Shown: piece after piece, positions 10,712 through 20,675 of the stretch
How the letters are laid out: each line of letters begins with the position of its first letter
Position numbering within the stretch: the first letter of the stretch is position 1
From: Acutalibacteraceae bacterium
Lineage (GTDB): Bacteria > Bacillota > Clostridia > Oscillospirales > Acutalibacteraceae
Length of the DNA: 64,000 nt
Assembly (NCBI GenBank): GCA_036307745.1
Contig: JAXJXA010000111.1
Coordinates: 43,499 to 107,498 of the forward strand
Direction: 5' to 3'
Notes under the pieces: generated by a model
Seen by the model: the letters and a program-made list of their open reading frames with translations, nothing else
The model's database searches: none
Told to the model about the DNA's origin: nothing
Position numbers and translations under genes: made by a program

Positions 10712-10906
10712 ATAATATATAATTTCTTAAATACTTCAGCTGTTTTCATTGATAGCTGGAGTATTTTTTTTTTGCATATTTTTTGTTAAATCTTCTAAAT
10801 TTGTGATGTAACAATGTAAACATACAATACGATTGTAAAAGTAATAATGTAATAATGTAATAGATATTTCATTATTACAAATAAACAAGTAATAATTATT
10901 TTTTTT

Positions 10907-11222
10907 GTAAAAAGATGATATTCCATATCTTCGTAAACTAAAAGAAAATAGTAAATTAATAACAGTAAGACATTGAAGATTATGTTTCTTCAATTTCTAA
11001 TACAAAAAATATTTTTAAAAGGTGGTAAAAAAATATGAATAAGAAAATTGTAAAACCTATTGCTCTTATTCTTGTAGCTGCTTTGTTAATGAGTTTCTCA
11101 TTAGCTTACTTTACAGACAGAGCAGAAACCCAAGCTAACGGTACTGCTGGTACAGTTGCTATCTCATTAGCAAATAACATTAATCTGTTAGATGCAAATG
11201 GCCAAGATATCATCAACCCAGG
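10907..11222 (+). repeat. Near-identical ~315-bp direct repeat, copy 1 (copy 2 at 18301..18616)
   Basis: Promoter, UTR and first ~60 codons are shared with only a few mismatches. Confidence 0.9.
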
Positions 11223-14200
11223 GGATAAGAGAACAGCTGGATTGGTTGTTACCAATGAAGGCAATAAGAGTATAGATGTAAGAACAACTGTTGCTCTGAC
11301 AGCAGTTGATTACAATGGTGACCCTATTAACTTTACAGGCGATGCTGATAATCAGTCTGAATATGACTTATATTTAGCATCAGATGTTGAGTTAGTAGAA
11401 GGTAAGGGTTATGCTCCTAAGACAGGTGCAAAGCCTTTACAGGTTAAATCCATCAATGGAAACGTTATTAAATACGTTCTGCCTGAATACTCATTAAACG
11501 GTAATTCTGATAAGTACCCCGAAGTGGAGACTATTGACGGTGTTGCTGAATTCAGTCATACACATGATTTAGTTATGGTTATGAAGGGTGGAGCAGATAA
11601 TGCTTGGCAGGGCAGCTCAATGAGAATTGATGTTCTTGTAGAAGCTAAACAGCATGAGAATACAGCTGCTGGTTGGACTATTGTTGCTCAAGAGAATGTA
11701 ACTCATGGTTCTATTAACCAAGATGCTGTTTTAAGTGAAAACGTTTTAACCGATGAAAATGGTACTGCTAATGGTACTATCACATTCTCATTAAAGAAAC
11801 AAGATGGTTCTAATACTTCAGGTATTCCCAATGTTACCATGAAGTTAGTCAAATTGCCCGAAAATACCTTATCTACTGTTAATACATTAGGCGGCACTGT
11901 TTTAGGCACTGTTCGTTCTGATAGCAACGGTGAAGGTAAGTTTATGGGACTTGAGGAAGGCAAGTATGCACTTGTTTCTCCTAACTTTGTATTAACTACT
12001 GAAGCTGAAAATCTCCAAATTGTTGGCGTAGACGGAACTGACCACTATGAGTATCTTGGTCTGATTGACTGGGCAGCTACAATTGAAGGAACTATTGTTG
12101 ACTCTCAGGGCACAGGCGTTCCCGATGTAGAAGTCAATATCGTTGACGAAAATAAAGACTTTGTAGCAGGTTCCACAACAGACGAAAATGGTGATTATAC
12201 TATTTATCCTGTTGTAGAAGGTACTTATGAGTTAGAAGTAGAAAACAATCAAATTACTTCAGGCAATAGTACTGTAACAGTAACAGAAGGAAATACAGCT
12301 GCTGCGGAAGATATTACAGTTGAACCAGTAGCAGAACCAGTCGTAGCTGTTTTTTCTGGTTATTTAACAAATCCGAGCTGCCATGATTGGGACAATATGT
12401 ATGATGAATCTAATTTAGAATTACATGGTCCAACTTGTTGGAGTAGCTGTAATGATAGCCTGACATGGTCTGAACTAAAAGACCCAGCCAATGGCATAAA
12501 ATATGGTTATCTTGCTGAAGAAATAAATGATAATGCAATTGCTCCTTCTAATTATGGTTGTTTCGATAATACAAGACTTAAATCCATAATTGTTCCTGAG
12601 CATGTTACATATGTTGGTAATATGGCATTTAATGAATGTCATTATTTAACTGATGTCCAATTACCCAGTAATTTAACAAAAATTAGTGAAGCTTTATGTA
12701 GTGGATGTGTCAACTTAACCAACATTAATATTCCTACTGGTGTAACAGAAATCGGTGAATGTGCTTTCCAGCGTAATGCTTTCACTAGTATTACTATCCC
12801 TGCTGGTGTAACTGAAATTAAGGCTAATACATTTAGTAATTGTTCTAAATTAACAACTGTTTCTATGCCTGATGGAATTACTTCTATTGGTCAATTCGCT
12901 TTTGGTGAATGCAAAAATCTTCAGAATGTCACATTGCCTGCTAGCTTGAGAACTATCGGTGAGGGTGCTTTCTGTGGACCTAATAAAATCACATCTGTAA
13001 CTATTCCTGCAAATGTAGAAGTTTTAGATACAATGGCATTTGCTGACTGTGCTAATCTGCAAACAGTTGTATTTGCTGGTAATAACTTAACATCAATTGG
13101 TAATGAAGCTTTTAGAAACAATACAGCTTTGACTACAATCACTATTCCTGAAGGCGTAACAACTATCAGTGAGGGTGCTTTCTCTCAATGTACTTCTCTT
13201 GACGAAATTGGTATTCCATCCAGTGTGATAAGTATTGGAGATTATGCATTGGATGCAACTAATGCTATTAAGAATATCAACTTTGCTGGCACAATGGCAC
13301 AATTTAGAAATGTGTCAAAGGGAACATTCTGGAATAATACATACGGAACTATTATTCACTGTTCTGATGGTTGTTTGAATGTTGATGGAGATATTGTACA
13401 ATGTCCTATTCACAGCGGAGGCATATATTATGTTGGTGTAACATCAACAACAAAGGGTAGCTATACAGGAGCAACGGCCACATACACCAATAAGGCTGAT
13501 TTCCCTGCAACACCTTCCACTGGTGATGTGTACGTCTGTGGCGATTATGAATACAGATATAATGTACGTGTTAACCCAGCTGATTTAAGCTTAATACAAG
13601 ACGAAACAATGGATGGTTGGAATGTAATGTGTCTTTCTTACTCAGCAGGGTCTAGCCCAATTTTAGAAACAATTTGTGGCAAGCCTGTTGTCAACATGGA
13701 CTACACATTTAATAATTTCTCTACTATGACAACGTCACCTGCAATTCCAAGCACTGTTAAGAGTTTACAAATGACTTATACTGCTAGCGGATTAACTGTT
13801 GCTCCTGAAATACCTGATGGCCTTGAAAATATGAATACGGCATTTGCTTTCTGTTCTTCTTTACAAACAGGTCCAAGTAAGATACCTGGAAGCGTTAAAG
13901 ATATGACAGCTGCTTTTGAAGGTTGCTCTGCATTACTAGCTGCACCAGAAATTGAAGACGGTGTTGAGACAATGACTTCTGCTTTCGCTGATTGTTCTTC
14001 AATGACTAGTGGCCCAAGTACAATTCCTTCTAGTGTGACATTATTAATGAATACCTTTAGAGGTTGTTCTTCTTTAACAGGCACTATGACTATTAATACT
14101 GACACCTATAATTATGGTAATATGTTCAATGGAACCACTCAGCCCATTGTACTTAATGGTTCTTCTGTGAATTTAAGTTCAATCGCTGGCACTTCTACAA

Positions 14201-14637
14201 ACGGAAATGTTACTGTTGATGGAGCTCTTTTGAGCGGAACAGCTTTATTGCTTCCTTCTTATAGATTAACTTGGGAACAACTGAAAACTAGCGGCAGTGC
14301 CTATGGATATGACCAAACCGCTCTTTCAGATACAGAAATTGGATACAGAGCTTTCTGGAGTTGCAGTAGATTATCTGATATCTATATTCTTAATGGCGTA
14401 ACATCTATTGGTGATGAGGCTTTCAAGGACTGTTCTAACATGACTGAAATGTACATACCTAGTAGTGTAACGTCAATCGGTAACAATGTATTTACTGGTT
14501 GTACTAGCTTAGGAACTATTACTTATGATGGTGATATGGCCAGCTTTAATGCTATTTCCAAAGGAGCTACTTGGAGAGGCGGCACAAACACGTTTACTGT
14601 TAAGTGTTCTGATGGAACCTTCTATTACCAACAATGA
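11035..14637 (+). CDS. SipW-signal TasA-like subunit with Ig/carboxypeptidase-regulatory-like domains and BspA LRRs
   Basis: SLAYFTD..GTAGTV core; GTIVDSQGTGVPDVEV..TTDENGDY beta-sandwich motif; LRR_5 and AP.IP-type repeats. Confidence 0.85.
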   Translation: MNKKIVKPIALILVAALLMSFSLAYFTDRAETQANGTAGTVAISLANNINLLDANGQDIINPGDKRTAGLVVTNEGNKSIDVRTTVALTAVDYNGDPINFTGDADNQSEYDLYLASDVELVEGKGYAPKTGAKPLQVKSINGNVIKYVLPEYSLNGNSDKYPEVETIDGVAEFSHTHDLVMVMKGGADNAWQGSSMRIDVLVEAKQHENTAAGWTIVAQENVTHGSINQDAVLSENVLTDENGTANGTITFSLKKQDGSNTSGIPNVTMKLVKLPENTLSTVNTLGGTVLGTVRSDSNGEGKFMGLEEGKYALVSPNFVLTTEAENLQIVGVDGTDHYEYLGLIDWAATIEGTIVDSQGTGVPDVEVNIVDENKDFVAGSTTDENGDYTIYPVVEGTYELEVENNQITSGNSTVTVTEGNTAAAEDITVEPVAEPVVAVFSGYLTNPSCHDWDNMYDESNLELHGPTCWSSCNDSLTWSELKDPANGIKYGYLAEEINDNAIAPSNYGCFDNTRLKSIIVPEHVTYVGNMAFNECHYLTDVQLPSNLTKISEALCSGCVNLTNINIPTGVTEIGECAFQRNAFTSITIPAGVTEIKANTFSNCSKLTTVSMPDGITSIGQFAFGECKNLQNVTLPASLRTIGEGAFCGPNKITSVTIPANVEVLDTMAFADCANLQTVVFAGNNLTSIGNEAFRNNTALTTITIPEGVTTISEGAFSQCTSLDEIGIPSSVISIGDYALDATNAIKNINFAGTMAQFRNVSKGTFWNNTYGTIIHCSDGCLNVDGDIVQCPIHSGGIYYVGVTSTTKGSYTGATATYTNKADFPATPSTGDVYVCGDYEYRYNVRVNPADLSLIQDETMDGWNVMCLSYSAGSSPILETICGKPVVNMDYTFNNFSTMTTSPAIPSTVKSLQMTYTASGLTVAPEIPDGLENMNTAFAFCSSLQTGPSKIPGSVKDMTAAFEGCSALLAAPEIEDGVETMTSAFADCSSMTSGPSTIPSSVTLLMNTFRGCSSLTGTMTINTDTYNYGNMFNGTTQPIVLNGSSVNLSSIAGTSTNGNVTVDGALLSGTALLLPSYRLTWEQLKTSGSAYGYDQTALSDTEIGYRAFWSCSRLSDIYILNGVTSIGDEAFKDCSNMTEMYIPSSVTSIGNNVFTGCTSLGTITYDGDMASFNAISKGATWRGGTNTFTVKCSDGTFYYQQ

Positions 14638-14662
14638 AATAATAATCTCTAAAAGCTAATTT

Positions 14663-14699
14663 AAGAGAGCTGTAGACCTATTCTGCCGCTCTCTTTTTT
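14663..14699 (+). terminator. Intrinsic terminator (GAGAGYTGTAGA family)
   Basis: Hairpin plus T-run; homologues at 20440, 23077, 30028 and 33858. Confidence 0.8.
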
Positions 14700-14867
14700 A
14701 TTACTTTACAACATTATTTCAATATTACAAGTAATAAATTTTCCAATGTAAACATTCAAATCCTCAACTTTTCAAACAATATTACAATTAAACATTATTT
14801 TTTTTTACTTTTCACTTTGTTTTCTCCCTGCAAAGTAAGAAATTAATAATGTAATTCTTGAAAGGGG

Positions 14868-17228
14868 ATGATTAAATTGAAACGTGCTTTATTAATAGCT
14901 GAAAAACCTTCTCTTATGAGAACTATTAAAGAAACATATGATAAAACATCTTGTCTTGATTATACAATAACCAAATTCACCGCACAGGCGGGCCATTTGG
15001 TTCGTCTGTTGCTGCCTTCTGAATTAGATGAAGAACAAAAGAAATGGGCATGGGAAAATCTGCCTTTCTTTCCCGAAGAACATGGTGGATGGAAATATAG
15101 AATTATAGAGGGCAAAAGCAAGTTGTTTAATGAAATAAAACAAGAAGTCAATTCAGGCAATTATGACTTCATTATCCATGCAGGTGACCCAGACTCCGAG
15201 GGACAGCTGTTGGTTCAGTTGGTCCTTAATCAATGCAAGAATAAACTGCCTGTTAAGAGATTTTGGTCTAATGATTTAACACCAAGAGCTATTGAACATG
15301 CATTGAAAAACTTAAAGGATAATGATAATGACAAATTCTTAATCAATTTGTATGAAGCTGCTCTAACAAGACAAAAGATGGATTATTTGTATGGAATGAA
15401 CTTTTCCCAGGCAATCAGTTTGAAAACAAATCAAACTATGTCTATTGGCCGTGTAAAAACGCCTGTTACTAAAATTATTGTTGACAGAGAAAATGAAATA
15501 GCTAACTTTAAACCAACTACTACTTATGAGGTCTCTGTTGATTATAAACAGGGTTTTAGCGGCGTTTTAGTTAATGAACAGGGAAATGTATCATTTGCTG
15601 ATAAAAAGGCCGCAGAGAGGCTTACAGAGGCTCTTAACAGCATTGGAGAAGTTGTCTCTATCGAATCAAAAGAAGAAAAAACAAATCCACCTGCTTATTT
15701 TAAACTGTCTACATTACAGATAGCAGCTGGTAAGGCATTTGGTTATAATGCTGATAAAGTTTTATCTATTGTCCAGAGCTTATATGAAAAGAAAGTTATG
15801 TCTTATCCAAGAACATCTTGTGAGTTTTTATCCAGTGCAACAGATTTTAAAGCACTGCTTTCTTCCGCTTCTGTAATTCCTGAATTGGTGCCATATATCA
15901 AAAAGATTACAGATGATGATATTAGGGCTATTCAGGCAAATAAGAGATATTGTAATGATAAGAAATTACAAGAAGCTGGACACTCTGCTCTTACTTTAAC
16001 AGAAATTGCCCCTAAAACTCTGACAACGGAAGAAATGAATATCTATGCAATGGTAGCTAAACAATTAGTAGCTTCTTTCTTGCCTCCACTTGTTGAAAAT
16101 AAGACTGTGGTTATGACAAAAGTGGATGATAAAATGTTTAAGTCTACTGGTAAGGTTTTAGTGTCTGCTGGATTTACTACTCTTCTTGGTAAAGTAAAAG
16201 ACAAAGATGATGAAGACAAATCTTTGCCTGTATTAAAAGAAAAGCAAAAAGTCAATGTAGATAAATTTAATGTCAATGAAAAAACTACTATTTGCCCTAA
16301 ACATTACTCCGATGCAGACTTAATCGCTCTAATGGAAAATCCATCTAAATTTTTAAAGGATAAATCATTGAAAGATAAGTTAAGTGGAAAGTTAAAGATT
16401 GGAACAGAGGCTACAAGAGCAAAAGAGATAACTGATATTTGTGGAAGAACAGGCTATGCAGAGAAAAGAAAAGGAAAGGGAAAGAGTGAACTTATCTATG
16501 CTTTGCCTAAATCTATTGGACTGATAGAACGAATTAAAGATTTTGATATTGCTGCTGTTGATATGACTGCTCAAATGGAATATAAGTTAGAGTTAATTCG
16601 TAATGGTGAATTAAACCCAAAAGAAGTAATAGAAGATGTTAAGAGAGATATAGTAAAACAATTAAAAACTATTCAATCTGGTAATATCACAACAGTCACA
16701 ACTAAGAAAATAATAGGTAAGTGTCCTGGATGCGGTGGTAATATGGTTCTTGGTGAAAAAAGTGTGTTCTGTTCTAATTGGAAAGAAAAAGGATGTAAAA
16801 ATGGATTTTTAAGAAACATTCTTGGGGCTAAGATAACAGATAATGAAATTGAAAAGTTATTAAGTGGCCAAATCATTACTAAAACATTAAAGAAAGATGA
16901 TAAAAGCTGGAAACAAAAATTAAAACTATCATCTGATTTTAAGCTGGAGTTTGTGAAGGAAAATAATATTTTACCTGATGTCGAATGCCCCTTTTGTGGA
17001 AGCAGTATTAAAATAACAGATAAATATTATATCTGTGAAAATTATAAGAAGCCTGATTGCAGCTTTATCATTGGTAAAGATTTCTTCGGGGTTAATATTA
17101 CAGAAAAAGATGCAATAGCCTTAATACAAGGAAAGAGAGTGAAAAAGAAGCTGAAATCAAAGGCAGGAAATGATTATGAAGAGTATTTGGTTTTAAGGGA
17201 AGGAAAAGTAAAGGTGGAGTACAAGTAA
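14868..17228 (+). CDS. topB: Type IA DNA topoisomerase (TopB-like) with C-terminal Zn-ribbon repeats
   Basis: LIAEKPS, HAGDPDSEG, SIGRVKTP, SYPRT catalytic Tyr, IGTEATR, CPxCG repeats. Confidence 0.93.
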   Translation: MIKLKRALLIAEKPSLMRTIKETYDKTSCLDYTITKFTAQAGHLVRLLLPSELDEEQKKWAWENLPFFPEEHGGWKYRIIEGKSKLFNEIKQEVNSGNYDFIIHAGDPDSEGQLLVQLVLNQCKNKLPVKRFWSNDLTPRAIEHALKNLKDNDNDKFLINLYEAALTRQKMDYLYGMNFSQAISLKTNQTMSIGRVKTPVTKIIVDRENEIANFKPTTTYEVSVDYKQGFSGVLVNEQGNVSFADKKAAERLTEALNSIGEVVSIESKEEKTNPPAYFKLSTLQIAAGKAFGYNADKVLSIVQSLYEKKVMSYPRTSCEFLSSATDFKALLSSASVIPELVPYIKKITDDDIRAIQANKRYCNDKKLQEAGHSALTLTEIAPKTLTTEEMNIYAMVAKQLVASFLPPLVENKTVVMTKVDDKMFKSTGKVLVSAGFTTLLGKVKDKDDEDKSLPVLKEKQKVNVDKFNVNEKTTICPKHYSDADLIALMENPSKFLKDKSLKDKLSGKLKIGTEATRAKEITDICGRTGYAEKRKGKGKSELIYALPKSIGLIERIKDFDIAAVDMTAQMEYKLELIRNGELNPKEVIEDVKRDIVKQLKTIQSGNITTVTTKKIIGKCPGCGGNMVLGEKSVFCSNWKEKGCKNGFLRNILGAKITDNEIEKLLSGQIITKTLKKDDKSWKQKLKLSSDFKLEFVKENNILPDVECPFCGSSIKITDKYYICENYKKPDCSFIIGKDFFGVNITEKDAIALIQGKRVKKKLKSKAGNDYEEYLVLREGKVKVEYK

Positions 17229-17386
17229 ACAATATTACAAATCAACAATATTACAATGTAAACATTGTTGTGGTAAATAGATATTAATTATGTTTTCCTT
17301 TATTCGTAATCCTTAAAAAAAATAGTAAATTAGTAATAGTTCCAAGAATAGAACGACTAAAAAAGAATAAGGCGGTGAAGAACCAA

Positions 17387-18100
17387 ATGAAGAAAGCTAT
17401 TCCTCTTTTATTGCTTTCATGTACTTTGCTGATGGGTGTTTCTATGGCTTACTTTACAGACAGTGTAACTACACAAGCAAGTGCTACAGCTGGTACTGTA
17501 GCAGCAACATTGAATAACAAAATCAATTTACTGGATGTAGATGGTAATGATATTATTGGACCTGGTGACATTAGAAGTGCAAAGATGGAAATTGTTAATA
17601 TGGGTAATAAAAGCATTGATGTAAGAACTACAATTGCTATGACCGTTAACAGTGAACATTATACTCTTAATTTTACAGGTGATGCAGACAATCAGTCTGA
17701 ATATGATTTATATTTAGCATCAGATGTAGAGCTTGTCGAAGGCTATGGTTATATGCCTAAAACAGGTGCTAAACCTATAACAGTAAAACGTGTTGATAAT
17801 AATGTTATTTACTATGATGTGCCTGTATTCAGTCTTAATGGTAACTCTGATGAATATACCGAAGTCGAAACTATCAATGGTATTGGTAATTTTAAGTATC
17901 TTTATGATTATGTTTTACTGTTTAAAAATGATACAGACAATACCTGGCAAGACTCTGTTTTAACTATTGATATTGTTGTCGAATCCAAACAACATGAAAA
18001 TACAGGTGCAGGTTGGGATATAGTAGCTCATGAGACAATTATCCAAGGCTCAATCAATAAGGAAGCTGTTGTTTCAGAGAATATCATAACTCAACAGTAA
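17387..18100 (+). CDS. SipW-signal TasA-like subunit, core domain only
   Basis: SMAYFTD..ATAGTV, GPGD, GNKSIDVRTT, QSEYDLYLASDVELVEG, KQHENT. Confidence 0.85.
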   Translation: MKKAIPLLLLSCTLLMGVSMAYFTDSVTTQASATAGTVAATLNNKINLLDVDGNDIIGPGDIRSAKMEIVNMGNKSIDVRTTIAMTVNSEHYTLNFTGDADNQSEYDLYLASDVELVEGYGYMPKTGAKPITVKRVDNNVIYYDVPVFSLNGNSDEYTEVETINGIGNFKYLYDYVLLFKNDTDNTWQDSVLTIDIVVESKQHENTGAGWDIVAHETIIQGSINKEAVVSENIITQQ

Positions 18101-18120
18101 ACTTCCTAAAAAGATAATGA

Positions 18121-18154
18121 AAAGCTTCAGTTTGCATTTTTACTGAAGCTTTTT
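18121..18154 (+). terminator. Intrinsic terminator
   Basis: AAAGCTTCAGT..ACTGAAGCTTTTT after 17387..18100. Confidence 0.8.
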
Positions 18155-18300
18155 GTTTGGTTTCTTCAATGTAAACAATATAAAATTATTACAATACAAC
18201 ATTATTACAGTGTAAACATTAAAACAAAAAATATTTGCGAAAGTTTTTTTTTGCATTTTTTCGTCTAATTCTTATATATTACAAACAGCTAAAAGATAAT

Positions 18301-18616
18301 GTAAAAAGATGATATTTCATATCTTCGTAAACTAAAAGAAAATAGAAAATTAATAACAGTAAGACATTGAAGATTACGTTTCTTCAATTTCTAATACAAA
18401 AAAATCTTTTTAAAAGGTGGTAAAAAATATGAATAAGAAAATTGTAAAACCTATTGCTCTTATTCTTGTAGCTGCTTTGTTAATGAGTTTCTCATTAGCT
18501 TACTTTACAGACAGAGCAGAAACACAAGCTAACGGTACTGCTGGTACAGTTGCTATCTCATTAGCAAATAACATTAATTTGTTAGATGCAGATGGCCAAG
18601 ATATCATCAACCCAGG
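18301..18616 (+). repeat. Near-identical ~315-bp direct repeat, copy 2
   Basis: Matches 10907..11222. Confidence 0.9.
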
Positions 18617-20387
18617 TGACCAACGTGCAGCTGGTTTTGCTGTTACGAATGAGGGTAATAAATCAATCGATGTAAGAACAACTGTTGCATTAACAGCAAT
18701 GGATTATGCGGGACAACCAATTAACTTTAGTGGTGACACAGATGTCCAGTCTGAGTACGACTTATACTTAGCATCTGATGTCGAACTTGTTGAAGGCAAA
18801 GGATATGCTCCTAAGACTGGTGCAACTCCTCTGCAGGTAAAGTCTATTAACGGTAATGTCATCACTTATAGACTGCCTGTATACTCATTAAATGGTAATT
18901 CTGATAAGTATACCGAAGTTGAAACCATTGATGGTATTGATGCCTTTACTAAAAATCATGACCTGGTTATGATTATGAAGGGTGAAGCAGGTAATGCCTG
19001 GCAAGCAAGCTCCATTCGTATGGATGTTTTAGTTGAAGCTAAACAACATGAGAACACTGCTGCTGGATGGACTATTGTGGCTACTGAAAACGTAACACAT
19101 GGTTCAATTAACCAGGATGCTGTGTTAGCTGAAGATGTTATTACTGCATTAGACGGTAGTGCTAACGGCACTATTACATTCTCTTTGAGAGATGCAACCA
19201 GAGACGCTGGTATTTCCAATGTTACAATGAAACTGGTTAAATTACCCGACAGCACATTATCTCCTGTTGATACATTAGGCGGAACTGTTTTAGCAACAGT
19301 CCGTTCTGATGCTAATGGTACTGGTCGCTTCACACGCTTAGAGGAAGGTAAGTATGCACTTGTTTCTCCTAACTTTGTGTTGACTACTGAAGCTGAGAAC
19401 CTTGAAATTGTAGGTGTAGATGGCACTGACCACTACGAATACAACGGAACAATGGATTGGGCTGCAACAGTTGAAGGTACAATTAAAGACGAAGCTGGTG
19501 ACCCCGTTTCTGATGTAGAAGTCAATATCGTTGATGATAATCAAGACTTTGTCGCAGGTTCCACAACTAATACTAATGGTGAATTTGCTATTTATCCTGT
19601 TGTAGCAGGTGAATATGATGTTCAAGTCAAAGATAACCAGATTTTAGCAGGTACTAGTTATGTAACCGTTACAGAGGGAACAACTGAAGCAATCGGAGAA
19701 GTAACTGTAAAAGAAACAGCTCCTATTTTCTTAGCTGCATATTTAAACAGTGTAGATGATTCTAATCCAACTGTTGTCAATATAACTGATACTCTTGCTA
19801 ATGATGATGTTGTAACACTTTCCGAAGTGAAGAATTTGTTAAATAATTACTACACTGTATCAGGTGCAAGCACTTCCAGCCTTTCTTTGGCCACAACATA
19901 TAGTGGTGACACTCAAATAGGTGGAGGTAACACCCAAATAGGTGGAGGAAGTTTTTCATATCCTGTTTATTTGAATATCTACACAAATGGTATCCAAGCA
20001 ATGCCTCTGAAAACTGTAGCTATTACATCTAATTCTGCTCTTTTAGATAATCAATTGACATTAGAAGAAGCAAAGGCAATTGTTGAGTCAAAATTAGATG
20101 GGGACCTGTCTGGAGCTTCCTATCAGTTATATGACGATATGTGGATGCCAACCAGTTCAATTAGTGTTGACAATACAATGGGAAATGTTAATATTATTGT
20201 TATGGTAAATGGTTATGTTTCAACTCCTCAAATTGGTTATGATGGTCTCTACTATTTCACCGACATCAACAATCCTTCAACCATGTTTGACAATGATAAA
20301 CAAGATACAATTATTAATGTTCAAGACCTTGCCAATGGACAACCTTTGTATATCGGTATTGTATTAACAAACTGCACAAAGAATTAA
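18429..20387 (+). CDS. SipW-signal TasA-like subunit with Ig-like domains and a unique C-terminal head
   Basis: First ~430 aa are paralogous to 11035..14637; the C-terminal ~220 aa are unrelated. Confidence 0.85.
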   Translation: MNKKIVKPIALILVAALLMSFSLAYFTDRAETQANGTAGTVAISLANNINLLDADGQDIINPGDQRAAGFAVTNEGNKSIDVRTTVALTAMDYAGQPINFSGDTDVQSEYDLYLASDVELVEGKGYAPKTGATPLQVKSINGNVITYRLPVYSLNGNSDKYTEVETIDGIDAFTKNHDLVMIMKGEAGNAWQASSIRMDVLVEAKQHENTAAGWTIVATENVTHGSINQDAVLAEDVITALDGSANGTITFSLRDATRDAGISNVTMKLVKLPDSTLSPVDTLGGTVLATVRSDANGTGRFTRLEEGKYALVSPNFVLTTEAENLEIVGVDGTDHYEYNGTMDWAATVEGTIKDEAGDPVSDVEVNIVDDNQDFVAGSTTNTNGEFAIYPVVAGEYDVQVKDNQILAGTSYVTVTEGTTEAIGEVTVKETAPIFLAAYLNSVDDSNPTVVNITDTLANDDVVTLSEVKNLLNNYYTVSGASTSSLSLATTYSGDTQIGGGNTQIGGGSFSYPVYLNIYTNGIQAMPLKTVAITSNSALLDNQLTLEEAKAIVESKLDGDLSGASYQLYDDMWMPTSSISVDNTMGNVNIIVMVNGYVSTPQIGYDGLYYFTDINNPSTMFDNDKQDTIINVQDLANGQPLYIGIVLTNCTKN

Positions 20388-20675
20388 TCTAATGTAAGAT
20401 TTACTAAGAACACTGAATAATTAGAAAAACTAAATTTTTGAGAGCTGTAGACTCGTTTTACAGCTCTCTTTCTCTTGTGTTTTCATTATTACAAAACAAC
20501 AAGTAATAATTATTTCTGCGTAAATATTGTCATAATGTAACATTCACAACAATATTACAACCAAACATCATTAACTGTTTAGTCTTTTGAAAAATAAATA
20601 GTAAATTAATAATAGCTGGTGGAGTATTAATTACTGACCTGCCCATCAAATTTCAAAATAAGGGGAGATTAAAAT

